Below are positions 45,250 to 54,412 of a stretch of 64,000 nucleotides of DNA, piece by piece (position 1 is the stretch's first letter; each line of letters begins with the position of its first letter). Both the position numbers and the translations under genes were made by a program. The stretch comes from Candidatus Iainarchaeum sp. (GTDB lineage Archaea > B1Sed10-29 > WALL01). The notes under the pieces were generated by a model, which had not been told where the DNA came from, ran no database searches, and was given only the letters and a program-made list of their open reading frames with translations. The stretch lies in assembly GCA_023129115.1 (NCBI GenBank), contig JAGMCR010000003.1, positions 67,944 through 131,943 of the forward strand. Reading direction: 5' to 3'.

Positions 45250-48200
45250 GTGCTCAAGCAGTTGGGAATCGACAAGCTCAACCCCGTGCAGGAAGAGGCG
45301 CTAGCCACGCGGTTCATCGAGAACCGCACCAACCTCGTCGTTTCCTCACCAACCGGCTCGGGCAAAACCCTAATTTCTTTGCTTGCGGCTTTGGAAGTAA
45401 TCAAACAAGGCAAGAAAGTATTGTACCTATGCCCCCTACGCGCGCTCGCCTCAGAGCACTACGACACATTCAAAAAAGTTCCAGGCCTGAGGGTTGCCTT
45501 ATCAACCGGCGATTTGGACTCTCGTGACCACCACTTACAAAACTATGACCTAATCATCACTACAACAGAGAAAGCCGACTCCCTCATGCGCCACAAGTCC
45601 AAGTTCGTGCCAGGCGTCGGCCTCCTGGTCGCGGACGAAATACACCTGCTCGACACCAACCGCGGCGCTACGCTCGAGACCATCATCACGCGCTTCCGAC
45701 AGCTCCTCCCCAAATGTCAAATCATCGCCCTCTCTGCCACGGTCCCGAACGCAAAAGAAATAGCGGACTGGCTCGGCGCAGAGCTCGTCGAGAGCGACTG
45801 GCGCCCCACCCGGCTTACCAAAGGGGTCTACTACGAAAACATTATCGAGACCGACGCCGGAACAATCGAGGTATCCTCGACAGCAAAAACGCCCGTCCTC
45901 CAATTGGTCGAGGACACCGTCGCCCGCGGCGGCCAATCGCTCGTGTTCGTGAACACGCGCCGCTCCGCAGTCGCCGAGGCCCGCCGCATCGCGTCAACAC
46001 TCAACCTCAACAACGAAGACCTCGCCGACAAAATCCTTTCCGCGCTGGAGTCCCCCACCCGCCAGTGCAAAGAACTGGCAGACATAGTCCGAAAGGGCGC
46101 CGCGTTCCACACCGCCGCCCTCGTCGCCGAACAAAGAAAGCTAATCGAGAGCGCCTTCCGCGAAGGAAAAATCAAGGCCATCGCCGCCACGCCCACTTTA
46201 TGTTTACCTCCCGACACCAGAATTTTGCTGTCGGATGGTAGCTACACACCAATAAAAAAAGTTGGAGTTGGAATGTCAGTTAAATCCCTAGACCCCAAGA
46301 CTCTTAAACTGGTTGACAATAAAGTTGTTTCAACAGGCAAACGAAAAACAAGTGGGTTGGTTAAACTAGTAACTCGAACAGGAAAAAAGATTGAGTTGAC
46401 TAGTAATCACCCTATTTTGGTCAATGAGTTTGGAGAGCTCAAATGGATTCAAGCAGGTAAACTAACCAAAGACATGTGGGTGGCGACTCCTCGTCTAGTA
46501 GAAAAAGATCCTGTTGACGTGTTTACTTTGGATGTTCTTCCGCATGATAAATTAAAAGTAATTGGTTCTGAGAGAGTGTTTGGACGGGTGGTTGATTCTC
46601 TTTTACCTACATATAAAACAAAGAAAACGATGTATGAGCGTTACGGTATAAATGAGAATAGTTTTTTCAATTACTTGCGGGGGAAGACATCCATTCCTTT
46701 AGATCTGTTATTGGGCATGGCTGAGGATGCGGGTCTTAAACAAGAGGGAGTGTACAAGGGAATAAAGAGGGTGCTTTATTCTAGGTCGCCACATCTGAAA
46801 GACGCTTTAAGGCTACCTCTCTATATCAATAAAGACTTGGTCAAATTCATAGCTTATATGCTTGCTGATGGTTCTGTTTCGAGAAAACTGTCGTGGTGGG
46901 TGGGTCATTCTTATGTTATTTCTTTTACTTCATCAGATAAAGCAAAAATAAAGGAATTTCAAGCGGTTGTCCGCAGAGTGTTTGGCTTGAACAGTAAAGT
47001 GGTAGAAAGTTATTTTGATGATGGGGTCTCACACGTGAGGATTACATCAAAAACTCTTGGTTTGTTGCTTGAATGTTTTGGGGTCACCCCGGGAAGAAAA
47101 GCACACATCATAAGGATTTGCCCGTTTTTTTTCTCTTTGTCAAACGAGTTGATTTTAGAATTCATCTTTTCTTTGATTGAATGTGATGGTTGTTTCAGGG
47201 TTCAGGATAATGCCATAGAATATTATACCTCAAGCAAAGATTTTGCCACAGACCTACAATCATTATTACTGAGCCAGGGGGTCATCTCTTCCATTTATCT
47301 GAAGAAAAATGATGGGGTCCGAGAGTTCCATAACCAGTTTATTGTTGCCAAGCACCCGCATTACCGTTTAGTGATAACTGGCAAGTCCGCAAAAAGATTG
47401 TTTAATCGTTTTGGAATTAAGACCAATCAAACAAAGACAACTTATGAAAAAGACCAGATTCCCCTGTCCATGAAGCTGCTTGAATTAAGAAAGAAACTTG
47501 GTATCTCAACATATGAAGCAAGGCAGTTGTCTGGTGTAGATTTTTGGGTTGCTGAGAACACACATAGAGTACTGACAAGAAAGACGGTGAAGAAAATTTG
47601 TTCAGTTCCCGCGTTAAGTTCGCCACCATTAGACGACATAAAAAGATTGGCGTTCTCCGATATTTACTGGGAAGAAATAAAAGATATCACTAAACAAAAA
47701 AAGAAAACAGATGTTTTTGATTTAAGTGTTGAATCAACCCATAGTTTCGTAGCTAATAACATTATTGTTCATAACTCAATGGGCGTTAATTTACCAGCGG
47801 ACACTGTAATCGTCCGCGACCTCTCCCGCTACACCGAGAACGGCCTCTCCCCAATCAGCGTGCGCGAGTACCTCCAGATGTGCGGCCGCGCGGGCCGCCC
47901 CAACTACAGCAAGGACGGACTCTCGGTCTGCGTCGCCAAGGACCTCGCCGACAAGGACACATTCTTTTCCGACTATGTCATGGGCAAGCCCGAAAAAGTG
48001 TATTCCCAATTGGGGTTCGAGCCCGTGCTCCGCACCCAGCTCCTCGCGAGCATCGCGGTCGGCTTCACGCCGACGCGCAAGAAGCTCGACGAATTCCTCC
48101 TCAATTCCTTTTACGCCTTCCAGTACGGCGAAATCGACTCCATCCGCCGCAAGGCAGACGGCATCCTCCGCGAGCTCGAGGACTGGGGCTTCGTCACAAC

Positions 48201-48906
48201 TGGCAACCACCTCCTGCCAACCCCGCTCGGCCGCCGCGTCTCCGAGCTCTACCTAGACCCCTTCTCTGCCTACACAATCCTGAAGGCGCTCCGCGAGCGC
48301 TCGATGGGCGAGCTCGGGCTCTTGTACATGCTCACGGCGACGGACGAGCTCCGCCCCTACCTGCGCGCCCGGTCTGGCGAGGAGTCCACCCTGTGGGCCA
48401 ATGCCTATTCCCACGAAAAGGAACTGGGGATTGACTGTGTGAACGTGGGGTTCGAGGACTACAACTTCCTTGACAAGTACAAGACCACCTTACTCCTCCG
48501 CGACTGGCTCGAGGAATTGCACGAGGACTCCTTGCTGGAAAAGTACGGCGTGGCGCCGGGCATCCTCCGCGCCAAATTGTCGAACTGGAACTGGGTTTCC
48601 TATGCAGCCATCGAGCTGGCCAAGCTCGAGCACCTCCCACTAAAGGAGCTCCGGCGCGTGGAGCGCCGCATCAAGTACGGCGTGCGCGGCGAATTACTCC
48701 CGCTGGTAGAGCTAAAGAACATCGGTCGCGTGCGCGCACGCAAATTGTTCAGTGCTTCCATAAAGTCTATCCCGGACCTGGAAAAGATGCCTGCGCAGGA
48801 CTTGGCGCGCGTCCTTGGCCCGCGCGTCGCCGTGTCAGTAAAGAAGCAGCTGGGCGAGGAGGTCTCGCTGTCCACGCCCAGGTCCGCCCAGTCAAAACTG
48901 GAATAA
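45250..48906 (+). CDS. hel308: Hel308/Hjm-type Ski2-like DNA helicase containing a 525-aa intein
   Basis: helicase motifs (SPTGSGKT, DEIH, SAT, AATPTL|...|SMGVNLPA) plus WH/ratchet and HhH C-terminal domains; the extein is about 693 aa. Confidence 0.9.
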   Translation: MLKQLGIDKLNPVQEEALATRFIENRTNLVVSSPTGSGKTLISLLAALEVIKQGKKVLYLCPLRALASEHYDTFKKVPGLRVALSTGDLDSRDHHLQNYDLIITTTEKADSLMRHKSKFVPGVGLLVADEIHLLDTNRGATLETIITRFRQLLPKCQIIALSATVPNAKEIADWLGAELVESDWRPTRLTKGVYYENIIETDAGTIEVSSTAKTPVLQLVEDTVARGGQSLVFVNTRRSAVAEARRIASTLNLNNEDLADKILSALESPTRQCKELADIVRKGAAFHTAALVAEQRKLIESAFREGKIKAIAATPTLCLPPDTRILLSDGSYTPIKKVGVGMSVKSLDPKTLKLVDNKVVSTGKRKTSGLVKLVTRTGKKIELTSNHPILVNEFGELKWIQAGKLTKDMWVATPRLVEKDPVDVFTLDVLPHDKLKVIGSERVFGRVVDSLLPTYKTKKTMYERYGINENSFFNYLRGKTSIPLDLLLGMAEDAGLKQEGVYKGIKRVLYSRSPHLKDALRLPLYINKDLVKFIAYMLADGSVSRKLSWWVGHSYVISFTSSDKAKIKEFQAVVRRVFGLNSKVVESYFDDGVSHVRITSKTLGLLLECFGVTPGRKAHIIRICPFFFSLSNELILEFIFSLIECDGCFRVQDNAIEYYTSSKDFATDLQSLLLSQGVISSIYLKKNDGVREFHNQFIVAKHPHYRLVITGKSAKRLFNRFGIKTNQTKTTYEKDQIPLSMKLLELRKKLGISTYEARQLSGVDFWVAENTHRVLTRKTVKKICSVPALSSPPLDDIKRLAFSDIYWEEIKDITKQKKKTDVFDLSVESTHSFVANNIIVHNSMGVNLPADTVIVRDLSRYTENGLSPISVREYLQMCGRAGRPNYSKDGLSVCVAKDLADKDTFFSDYVMGKPEKVYSQLGFEPVLRTQLLASIAVGFTPTRKKLDEFLLNSFYAFQYGEIDSIRRKADGILRELEDWGFVTTGNHLLPTPLGRRVSELYLDPFSAYTILKALRERSMGELGLLYMLTATDELRPYLRARSGEESTLWANAYSHEKELGIDCVNVGFEDYNFLDKYKTTLLLRDWLEELHEDSLLEKYGVAPGILRAKLSNWNWVSYAAIELAKLEHLPLKELRRVERRIKYGVRGELLPLVELKNIGRVRARKLFSASIKSIPDLEKMPAQDLARVLGPRVAVSVKKQLGEEVSLSTPRSAQSKLE
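46201..47775 (+). mobile_element. intein with a LAGLIDADG homing-endonuclease domain, inserted in helicase motif V of Hel308
   Basis: starts CLPPDTRILLSDGSY (block A), ends IIVHN followed by Ser; LAGLIDADG motifs KFIAYMLADGSV and FIFSLIECDGCF; clearly AT-richer than the flanking extein. Confidence 0.8.
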
Positions 48907-48936
48907 TTATATACTCCAGCATTCCCTATTAGTGCG

Positions 48937-49284
48937 ATGTTCCAGTGGATTACTTTTGGGAAGGTCAAGTACGACAACAGCGTGTTCAGCCAGGACATCG
49001 TGATTTCGACTGACGGCGACGTCTACCAGCGCCAGGCGGGCGACCCGCTGAGGGTGACTGCCGAGGAGCTTGACGCGAGCATCGACAGCAACACCAAGAC
49101 AGTTGTCGTCGGCACGGGCCATTACGACATAGTCAAGCTAACCCCCGAGGCCATGAGCTACCTGAAGGACATGAAGATTGACCTCGTGGAAAAGCACACC
49201 CCTGAAGCGATTGACTACTACAACAAGCGCATGAAGGTCAAGGGCCGCAAGCCCGCCATAACCGCGATTATCCACGTGAAGTAA
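48937..49284 (+). CDS. Mth938-like domain protein (tentative)
   Basis: 115 aa; tandem paralog of the next gene; VVVGTGHYD..L resembles the Mth938/DUF498 core. Confidence 0.5.
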   Translation: MFQWITFGKVKYDNSVFSQDIVISTDGDVYQRQAGDPLRVTAEELDASIDSNTKTVVVGTGHYDIVKLTPEAMSYLKDMKIDLVEKHTPEAIDYYNKRMKVKGRKPAITAIIHVK

Positions 49285-49285
49285 A

Positions 49286-49624
49286 ATGTTCGACTCTTTT
49301 TCCTTTGGCTGTATTACCTGGGACGGCGAGGCCTGCCACTACGACGTCGTGGTCGCCAACTCCCAACTCCGCGAGCGCGGCCCCCGGCCAGAAAACCACT
49401 TGCTCGAGGCAGCCGAACTCCAGAACTACCTCACCCCAAACACAAAAAAAGTGATTGTCGGCACCGGCGCGTCTGGAGTCCTGCAGGTAGCCGACGATGC
49501 GAAGCAGTTGATGAAAGAAAAAGAAATAGAATTACTTGCGTTTCCGAGCGCCGAGGCAATCCAGCTCTACAACAAAGAAGCAGACAAAGCCACCGTGGTC
49601 GCGGTCATCCACTCTACTTGCTAG
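49286..49624 (+). CDS. Mth938-like domain protein (tentative), paralog of 48937..49284
   Basis: 112 aa; VIVGTGASGVLQV..; collinear with its neighbour. Confidence 0.5.
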   Translation: MFDSFSFGCITWDGEACHYDVVVANSQLRERGPRPENHLLEAAELQNYLTPNTKKVIVGTGASGVLQVADDAKQLMKEKEIELLAFPSAEAIQLYNKEADKATVVAVIHSTC

Positions 49625-49660
49625 GCAGCACAAACTTGAGCGTGGCTTGACGAAGTAAAC

Positions 49661-51442
49661 CTATTCTTCAGGGGAAGGACGCTGTTCCAGAAATTCCTTG
49701 AATGGCCCCTTCTTTTTTGAGAGCTCGTTGAATTTGCCTTCTTGGACAATCCTGCCTTTGTCAAAAACAACGACCCTGTCGCAGTTCTTTAGGGTTGTCA
49801 AGCGGTGGGCAATGGTTATCATAGTCTTGTCTGAAAATATTTTTTCGAGGTTTCTTTGGATTATCACTTCGTTTGTATTGTCCAATGCAGAAGTCGCCTC
49901 GTCAAAGATTAGGACATCAGGTGACTGAAGAATAAGCCGTGCCAATGCAAGCCGTTGTTTTTGGCCGCCACTTAGGTTGTTTCCGTTTTCTGCGACTCTT
50001 CCACCAAACCCGCCAAGTTTGTTTTTAATTTCATTATAAATATTGGCTTTTTTAGCAGCGTTAACCAAGTCTTCCTGATTTACTCTTCTTGAGCATCCGT
50101 ACGTAATATTTTCTTTTATTGTTCCAGAAAATACGTAAGTCTTTTGTGGGATGTAGGCAATCCGCTCCGCGATTTCTTTCCTGGTCAATGACTTCAGGTC
50201 TTTCCCAAGGAGGGATATCCACCCACTATAACTATGAATTAACCTAAGCAGAATCTTGACAAACGTTGTCTTGCCACAGCCGGATGCACCCACGACCCCA
50301 ATTTTTTCCCCCCGCTTTATCTTGATGTTCACGTTGTTTAAGACATTATCAGACTTGTTGGAATAAGCAAATGAAACGTTTTTCAGCTCCAGAACATCAG
50401 CGGATTCTTTTGATTGCTGGGGGATTGCCTTGAACGATTCGTCCAGTGGCTGTGTTATTAAGCCGTGCAAGTCCATTACTTTGATGGAGCTTTCGTGGGC
50501 CTCATCCAGTATCCTATGAACCTCCCTCAGCGGCCGGATAACACTTACAAACAGGATGGAGTAAGTGAGTATGTCACCCTTTGTGATGATTCCGTTCACA
50601 GCAAAATAAATTGAAATGCTGACAACCAGCACGTAGAAAAAGGCTTCATTCAAATATTTGGCGGCGTCGTACAGCGCCATCCAGATGTGGTGCCCTATCT
50701 CTATTTTTCTTAGTTTTTCGGCGATGTTTTCCACTTTTTTGACTTCTAACTCACCAGTGTTCGCTACCCGGATTGTTTCCAATCCCCCCATCATTTCGAC
50801 GACTTTCCCATCAATCTGTTCTTTGCCCCGCAATAAAGCCACTCTAATGCCTTTTTGGGAAGAGATTTGCTTGATTACGATGAATAAACCCATGGGCACC
50901 ACTAGAATCATGAAAGAGGCAAGCAACGGTTTTTGGTAGAAAGCTATTCCAAGAGCCGCCAGGGCAGAAAAAAAGACGGGGAAAAAGTCCAGAAACCCGA
51001 GCTTAAGCAGTTTGATGAGGCCTTGTATTGAACGGAATATCTTGCCGTGCAATGCCCCAATTTGATATTTGTTGATGAATTCGTTAATGTCTGTTTTTAG
51101 CAGCCGGCTAATCACCCTCACAGTCAGTTTCTTTTCAGTTTGTGTTGCTACGTTCTCCACCAAATATTTTCGGATGACCGTTAAAACTGCGTGGAAAAAT
51201 ATTATCGCAATAACCATCACTAAGAATGGAACCGCCATTTCAAAAGATGGGGCTTCCAACACAATCATCTCGTCAACAAATTTGCCGAGGATTACAGCCG
51301 GGAGGTTTGTCAAGAAACCAGTGACGAGCATTATTGCTGTGGCAAGAAACAAGGACCGTTTTTCTTTTTTGTCCATCAATTGAGATACTGTGCTAAAGCC
51401 CCGCCGTATCTCCCGGAATTCTTTGAACAATCCCGCCATCAC
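49661..51442 (-). CDS. ABC exporter (fused permease + ATPase, MsbA-like)
   Basis: 593 aa; 6-TM N-terminal half; Walker A GASGCGKTT, signature LSGGQKQRLALAR, Walker B ILIFDEATSALD. Confidence 0.85.
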   Translation of the reverse strand: MMAGLFKEFREIRRGFSTVSQLMDKKEKRSLFLATAIMLVTGFLTNLPAVILGKFVDEMIVLEAPSFEMAVPFLVMVIAIIFFHAVLTVIRKYLVENVATQTEKKLTVRVISRLLKTDINEFINKYQIGALHGKIFRSIQGLIKLLKLGFLDFFPVFFSALAALGIAFYQKPLLASFMILVVPMGLFIVIKQISSQKGIRVALLRGKEQIDGKVVEMMGGLETIRVANTGELEVKKVENIAEKLRKIEIGHHIWMALYDAAKYLNEAFFYVLVVSISIYFAVNGIITKGDILTYSILFVSVIRPLREVHRILDEAHESSIKVMDLHGLITQPLDESFKAIPQQSKESADVLELKNVSFAYSNKSDNVLNNVNIKIKRGEKIGVVGASGCGKTTFVKILLRLIHSYSGWISLLGKDLKSLTRKEIAERIAYIPQKTYVFSGTIKENITYGCSRRVNQEDLVNAAKKANIYNEIKNKLGGFGGRVAENGNNLSGGQKQRLALARLILQSPDVLIFDEATSALDNTNEVIIQRNLEKIFSDKTMITIAHRLTTLKNCDRVVVFDKGRIVQEGKFNELSKKKGPFKEFLEQRPSPEE

Positions 51443-52629
51443 GCAAACCTCTTCTCGACCGCTGCCTTGACTTTTCCGGGCGGGAAGGACAATTTAATCA
51501 GCCTCGTGTTCCCCCGTATCCCTGGCCCGCTCATGGTCATCGTAATCAATCCCATCATGTCGAGCTCGTTGAGGTATTCCCTGAACCACCTCGCGCTCCT
51601 CGCCATGGTCTTCCACTTCTTGCACAGGCTTTCGTAGCCCTCATACGCTTCTCCGGAAAACAGCAGCCGCTCCCCGTTGTCGGTCAGCCTCCGGTACTTG
51701 CTCCCCTCCGCAGTAAGGTTGGCAATCGCGTAGAGCACGATGCTCTGGTGCTCGGGCAGCGTGTTAATCAGCTCAATGACAATGTCTTCCTCGACCGCGC
51801 TCCTCGCCTTCTTCACGTACTCTTCAGTCGCTTTCGTGTCCTGTGCGTCAGCGAACTCGCCCGCCTTCAGCAGGAGCCGCAGCGCGTACCTCGCGTCGCC
51901 GCTTTCCTGCGCGGCGAACGCGGCGGCCAAGCCAATCGCGCCGTCTGTGATGTAGCCTTTCCTGAACCCTTCTTTCGCGCGGTCGGCGAGTATGGCGCTC
52001 AATTGCTCCGCGTTGTACGGCGCGAAGACCATTTCGTCCTGGCACAGCGTCGACTTGCTCCTCGGGTCAAGCTTTTCCTTGAAGTTAATCTTGTTGCTTA
52101 TCCCGACCAGCGCGATGTGCCCCTTCTTCAAATCATCATTCGCACGCGTCAGCGCGTACACCAGGTCGTCCAGATCTTTTACCTTGTCGATTTCGTCCAG
52201 CACCACGATGAAGACAAGCCCCTTGTCGACGTATTCCACGAACTTTTCGTAGAGGTGCGTGGACGACAGCCCGAGGAAGCTCTCGTTCGGCTCGGCGCGC
52301 TGCGCGAGCTTCAGCAGGACCTGGTACTTCGTGTTGTGCGTCCTGCAGTTCAGGTAAATCGAGTCGACCTGTGCCTCGTACTTTTTCTTGGTCTCGTCGA
52401 GCTTTTCCATAACGTGCTTCACGACCGCCGTTTTTCCAACCCCGGTCTTCCCGTACAGGAAAAGGTTCGACGGCCTCTTCTGCGAGAGCGCTGGGGCGAT
52501 GACCTTCATCACCTTGGTTATCTCTTCCTCCCGGTACGGCAGCTGGTCCGGCAGGTAGTGCGGGCTGAGAACGTTCCTGTCCTCAAAAATAGTTGAGCGG
52601 TTGATCTCTTTCTCGAACAGGTTTTCCAT
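51439..52629 (-). CDS. cdc6: Orc1/Cdc6 replication initiator
   Basis: 396 aa; AAA+ Walker A LYGKTGVGKT, Walker B VVLDEID; C-terminal winged helix. Confidence 0.9.
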   Translation of the reverse strand: MENLFEKEINRSTIFEDRNVLSPHYLPDQLPYREEEITKVMKVIAPALSQKRPSNLFLYGKTGVGKTAVVKHVMEKLDETKKKYEAQVDSIYLNCRTHNTKYQVLLKLAQRAEPNESFLGLSSTHLYEKFVEYVDKGLVFIVVLDEIDKVKDLDDLVYALTRANDDLKKGHIALVGISNKINFKEKLDPRSKSTLCQDEMVFAPYNAEQLSAILADRAKEGFRKGYITDGAIGLAAAFAAQESGDARYALRLLLKAGEFADAQDTKATEEYVKKARSAVEEDIVIELINTLPEHQSIVLYAIANLTAEGSKYRRLTDNGERLLFSGEAYEGYESLCKKWKTMARSARWFREYLNELDMMGLITMTMSGPGIRGNTRLIKLSFPPGKVKAAVEKRFA

Positions 52630-52771
52630 CCCGGCACCTCGCGGCTGACGATTATGGGAAGTGCCCTTTATAATGTTTTCTTCCGGTATTTTTTTGCATT
52701 AAACAGAGGCTTTTTATTACCCAAAAATTATAATCGGTCTTGCTTTTCAAGCTGTTAATGGAGGCTTACGA

Positions 52772-53131
52772 ATGGTGGGATTTCTTAAAAAACTAACTGG
52801 CACGCCTGGTGCCGAGGAAACGGAAGTCGAGGAGTATTTGGACACACTCGGCCTAGAGAACGAGGACTTCATGGAAGAAGAGGCGGACGTGTGGATCAAG
52901 CCATTCATCCTTGAGGACGTTGGCGATGCCACTGTTGTTCAGGACGAGCTGAGCAACGGGAACATTGTGCTGCTTAACATCGAGCCCCTCATGAAGAGGA
53001 ATGCCATCAAGCTGAAGCAGACAGTCAACAAAATAAAGAACGCGGCTAAGTCGCTTGATGGGGACATCGCGAGGCTCAGCGAGTACAAGCTCCTCGTGAC
53101 GCCCAAGGGCATCAAGGTTTCGCGGAAGTAG
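52772..53131 (+). CDS. sepF: SepF-like cell-division protein (DUF552)
   Basis: 119 aa; KPFILEDVGDATVVQDELSNGNIVLLNIEPL matches the SepF core; divergently adjacent to cdc6. Confidence 0.7.
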   Translation: MVGFLKKLTGTPGAEETEVEEYLDTLGLENEDFMEEEADVWIKPFILEDVGDATVVQDELSNGNIVLLNIEPLMKRNAIKLKQTVNKIKNAAKSLDGDIARLSEYKLLVTPKGIKVSRK

Positions 53132-53137
53132 AGGCCA

Positions 53138-53899
53138 ATGCTTCTGGACGCGCCCGCGCTTCAGGTGCGATACACCCTTAAGGACATTCTTGGCATCGTG
53201 GAGAGCGTTCTCAAGAGCCGCCACTGGCGCAAGTTCGACATCGAGAGCACTAGCCTTGTCTATGTCCCTCACTGGTTCTTCAACTTCGACGTCTACCAGG
53301 AGGCCGAGGGCAAGTCCCAAACTTACGCCTCCCAGATGGCAATCGACGCGGTCACGGGCAAGCTTAACCCGCTTATCGTCCAGATAATGCAGAGCGTGCC
53401 GACGAAGCGCGAGCGCGAGACCACGCACGGCATCGAGTGCGAGGCCCGGATCCCATCGGTCCAGAATAAAGAGGTCAAGGACATAGCGGCCATAAAGGTC
53501 GCGGGCGAGATGAACCTGTCCAAGGAAGTCGTTACCGTCACGGGGGTGAACCTGCTTTACATCCCGTACTGGCAGGTGTGGATCCGCCTGCCGAGCGGCA
53601 CGAAGCGCATTGACCTCGACGCAATCTCTGGCTCCCCGGTGTTCATTTCCGACGTGCCGGAGCGGGAGCGCGGCTCAATCGAGGTCACGATGGACATGCT
53701 GGAGGACCTCAAGACCCCCGCGGGCTGGGTCGACTACTCCAAGAAGGCCTTCGACTGGGGCTTTGGCGCTGCGGCGACCGCGGGCCAGGGCATCATGGGC
53801 AGTATTGCGCCCTGGATGCTCGGCACCCGCGTCGGCCAGTACACGCTCCTGGGCCTCGTAATACTGTTTCTCGTCATCTATTACTTCTACCTAGGCTAA
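53138..53899 (+). CDS. hypothetical protein with a C-terminal TM anchor
   Basis: 253-aa ORF; C-terminal hydrophobic helix. Confidence 0.5.
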   Translation: MLLDAPALQVRYTLKDILGIVESVLKSRHWRKFDIESTSLVYVPHWFFNFDVYQEAEGKSQTYASQMAIDAVTGKLNPLIVQIMQSVPTKRERETTHGIECEARIPSVQNKEVKDIAAIKVAGEMNLSKEVVTVTGVNLLYIPYWQVWIRLPSGTKRIDLDAISGSPVFISDVPERERGSIEVTMDMLEDLKTPAGWVDYSKKAFDWGFGAAATAGQGIMGSIAPWMLGTRVGQYTLLGLVILFLVIYYFYLG

Positions 53900-53938
53900 G
53901 GCGTAACTATTTTATAGTCCCCCTGTGTTGCCCCACCT

Positions 53939-54412
53939 ATGGGCAAATGTGTGTTCTGTGACCTCAAGAAGGACGACGTAATCTACGCAAATGATGCCTT
54001 CCGCTCAACGTTCGACGCATTCCCGGTCTCCCCGGGCCACTCCCTCGTCATTCCGAACCGGCACGTCACAACCATCGCCGAGCTGAAGGACGGCGAGTGG
54101 GCGCTGCTGAAGCCCGCAATCCTGAAGACCATCATGGTAATCGAGTCAACGGACTTCAGCGAGTTCTACAGCGGGTTCATCCACACGCCCGACGAGAAGA
54201 CAGCTGTCTTTTCCGGCAAGATGCTTGAGCACACCGGCATAAGCAAGAAGCCGGACGGCTACAACATTGGCGTGAACCTTGGGCCTGCCGCGGGCCAGAC
54301 AATCGAGCACCTGCATCTGCACATAATCCCGCGCTACCTCGGCGACACCGAGGCGCCAGCCGGGGGCATCCGGCAGATAGTGCCCGAGCTTGGGGACTAC
54401 ACAAAGCTCTAG
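53939..54412 (+). CDS. HIT-family (histidine triad) hydrolase
   Basis: C-terminal HLHLHIIPR histidine-triad motif; N-terminal CVFCDL. Confidence 0.8.
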   Translation: MGKCVFCDLKKDDVIYANDAFRSTFDAFPVSPGHSLVIPNRHVTTIAELKDGEWALLKPAILKTIMVIESTDFSEFYSGFIHTPDEKTAVFSGKMLEHTGISKKPDGYNIGVNLGPAAGQTIEHLHLHIIPRYLGDTEAPAGGIRQIVPELGDYTKL

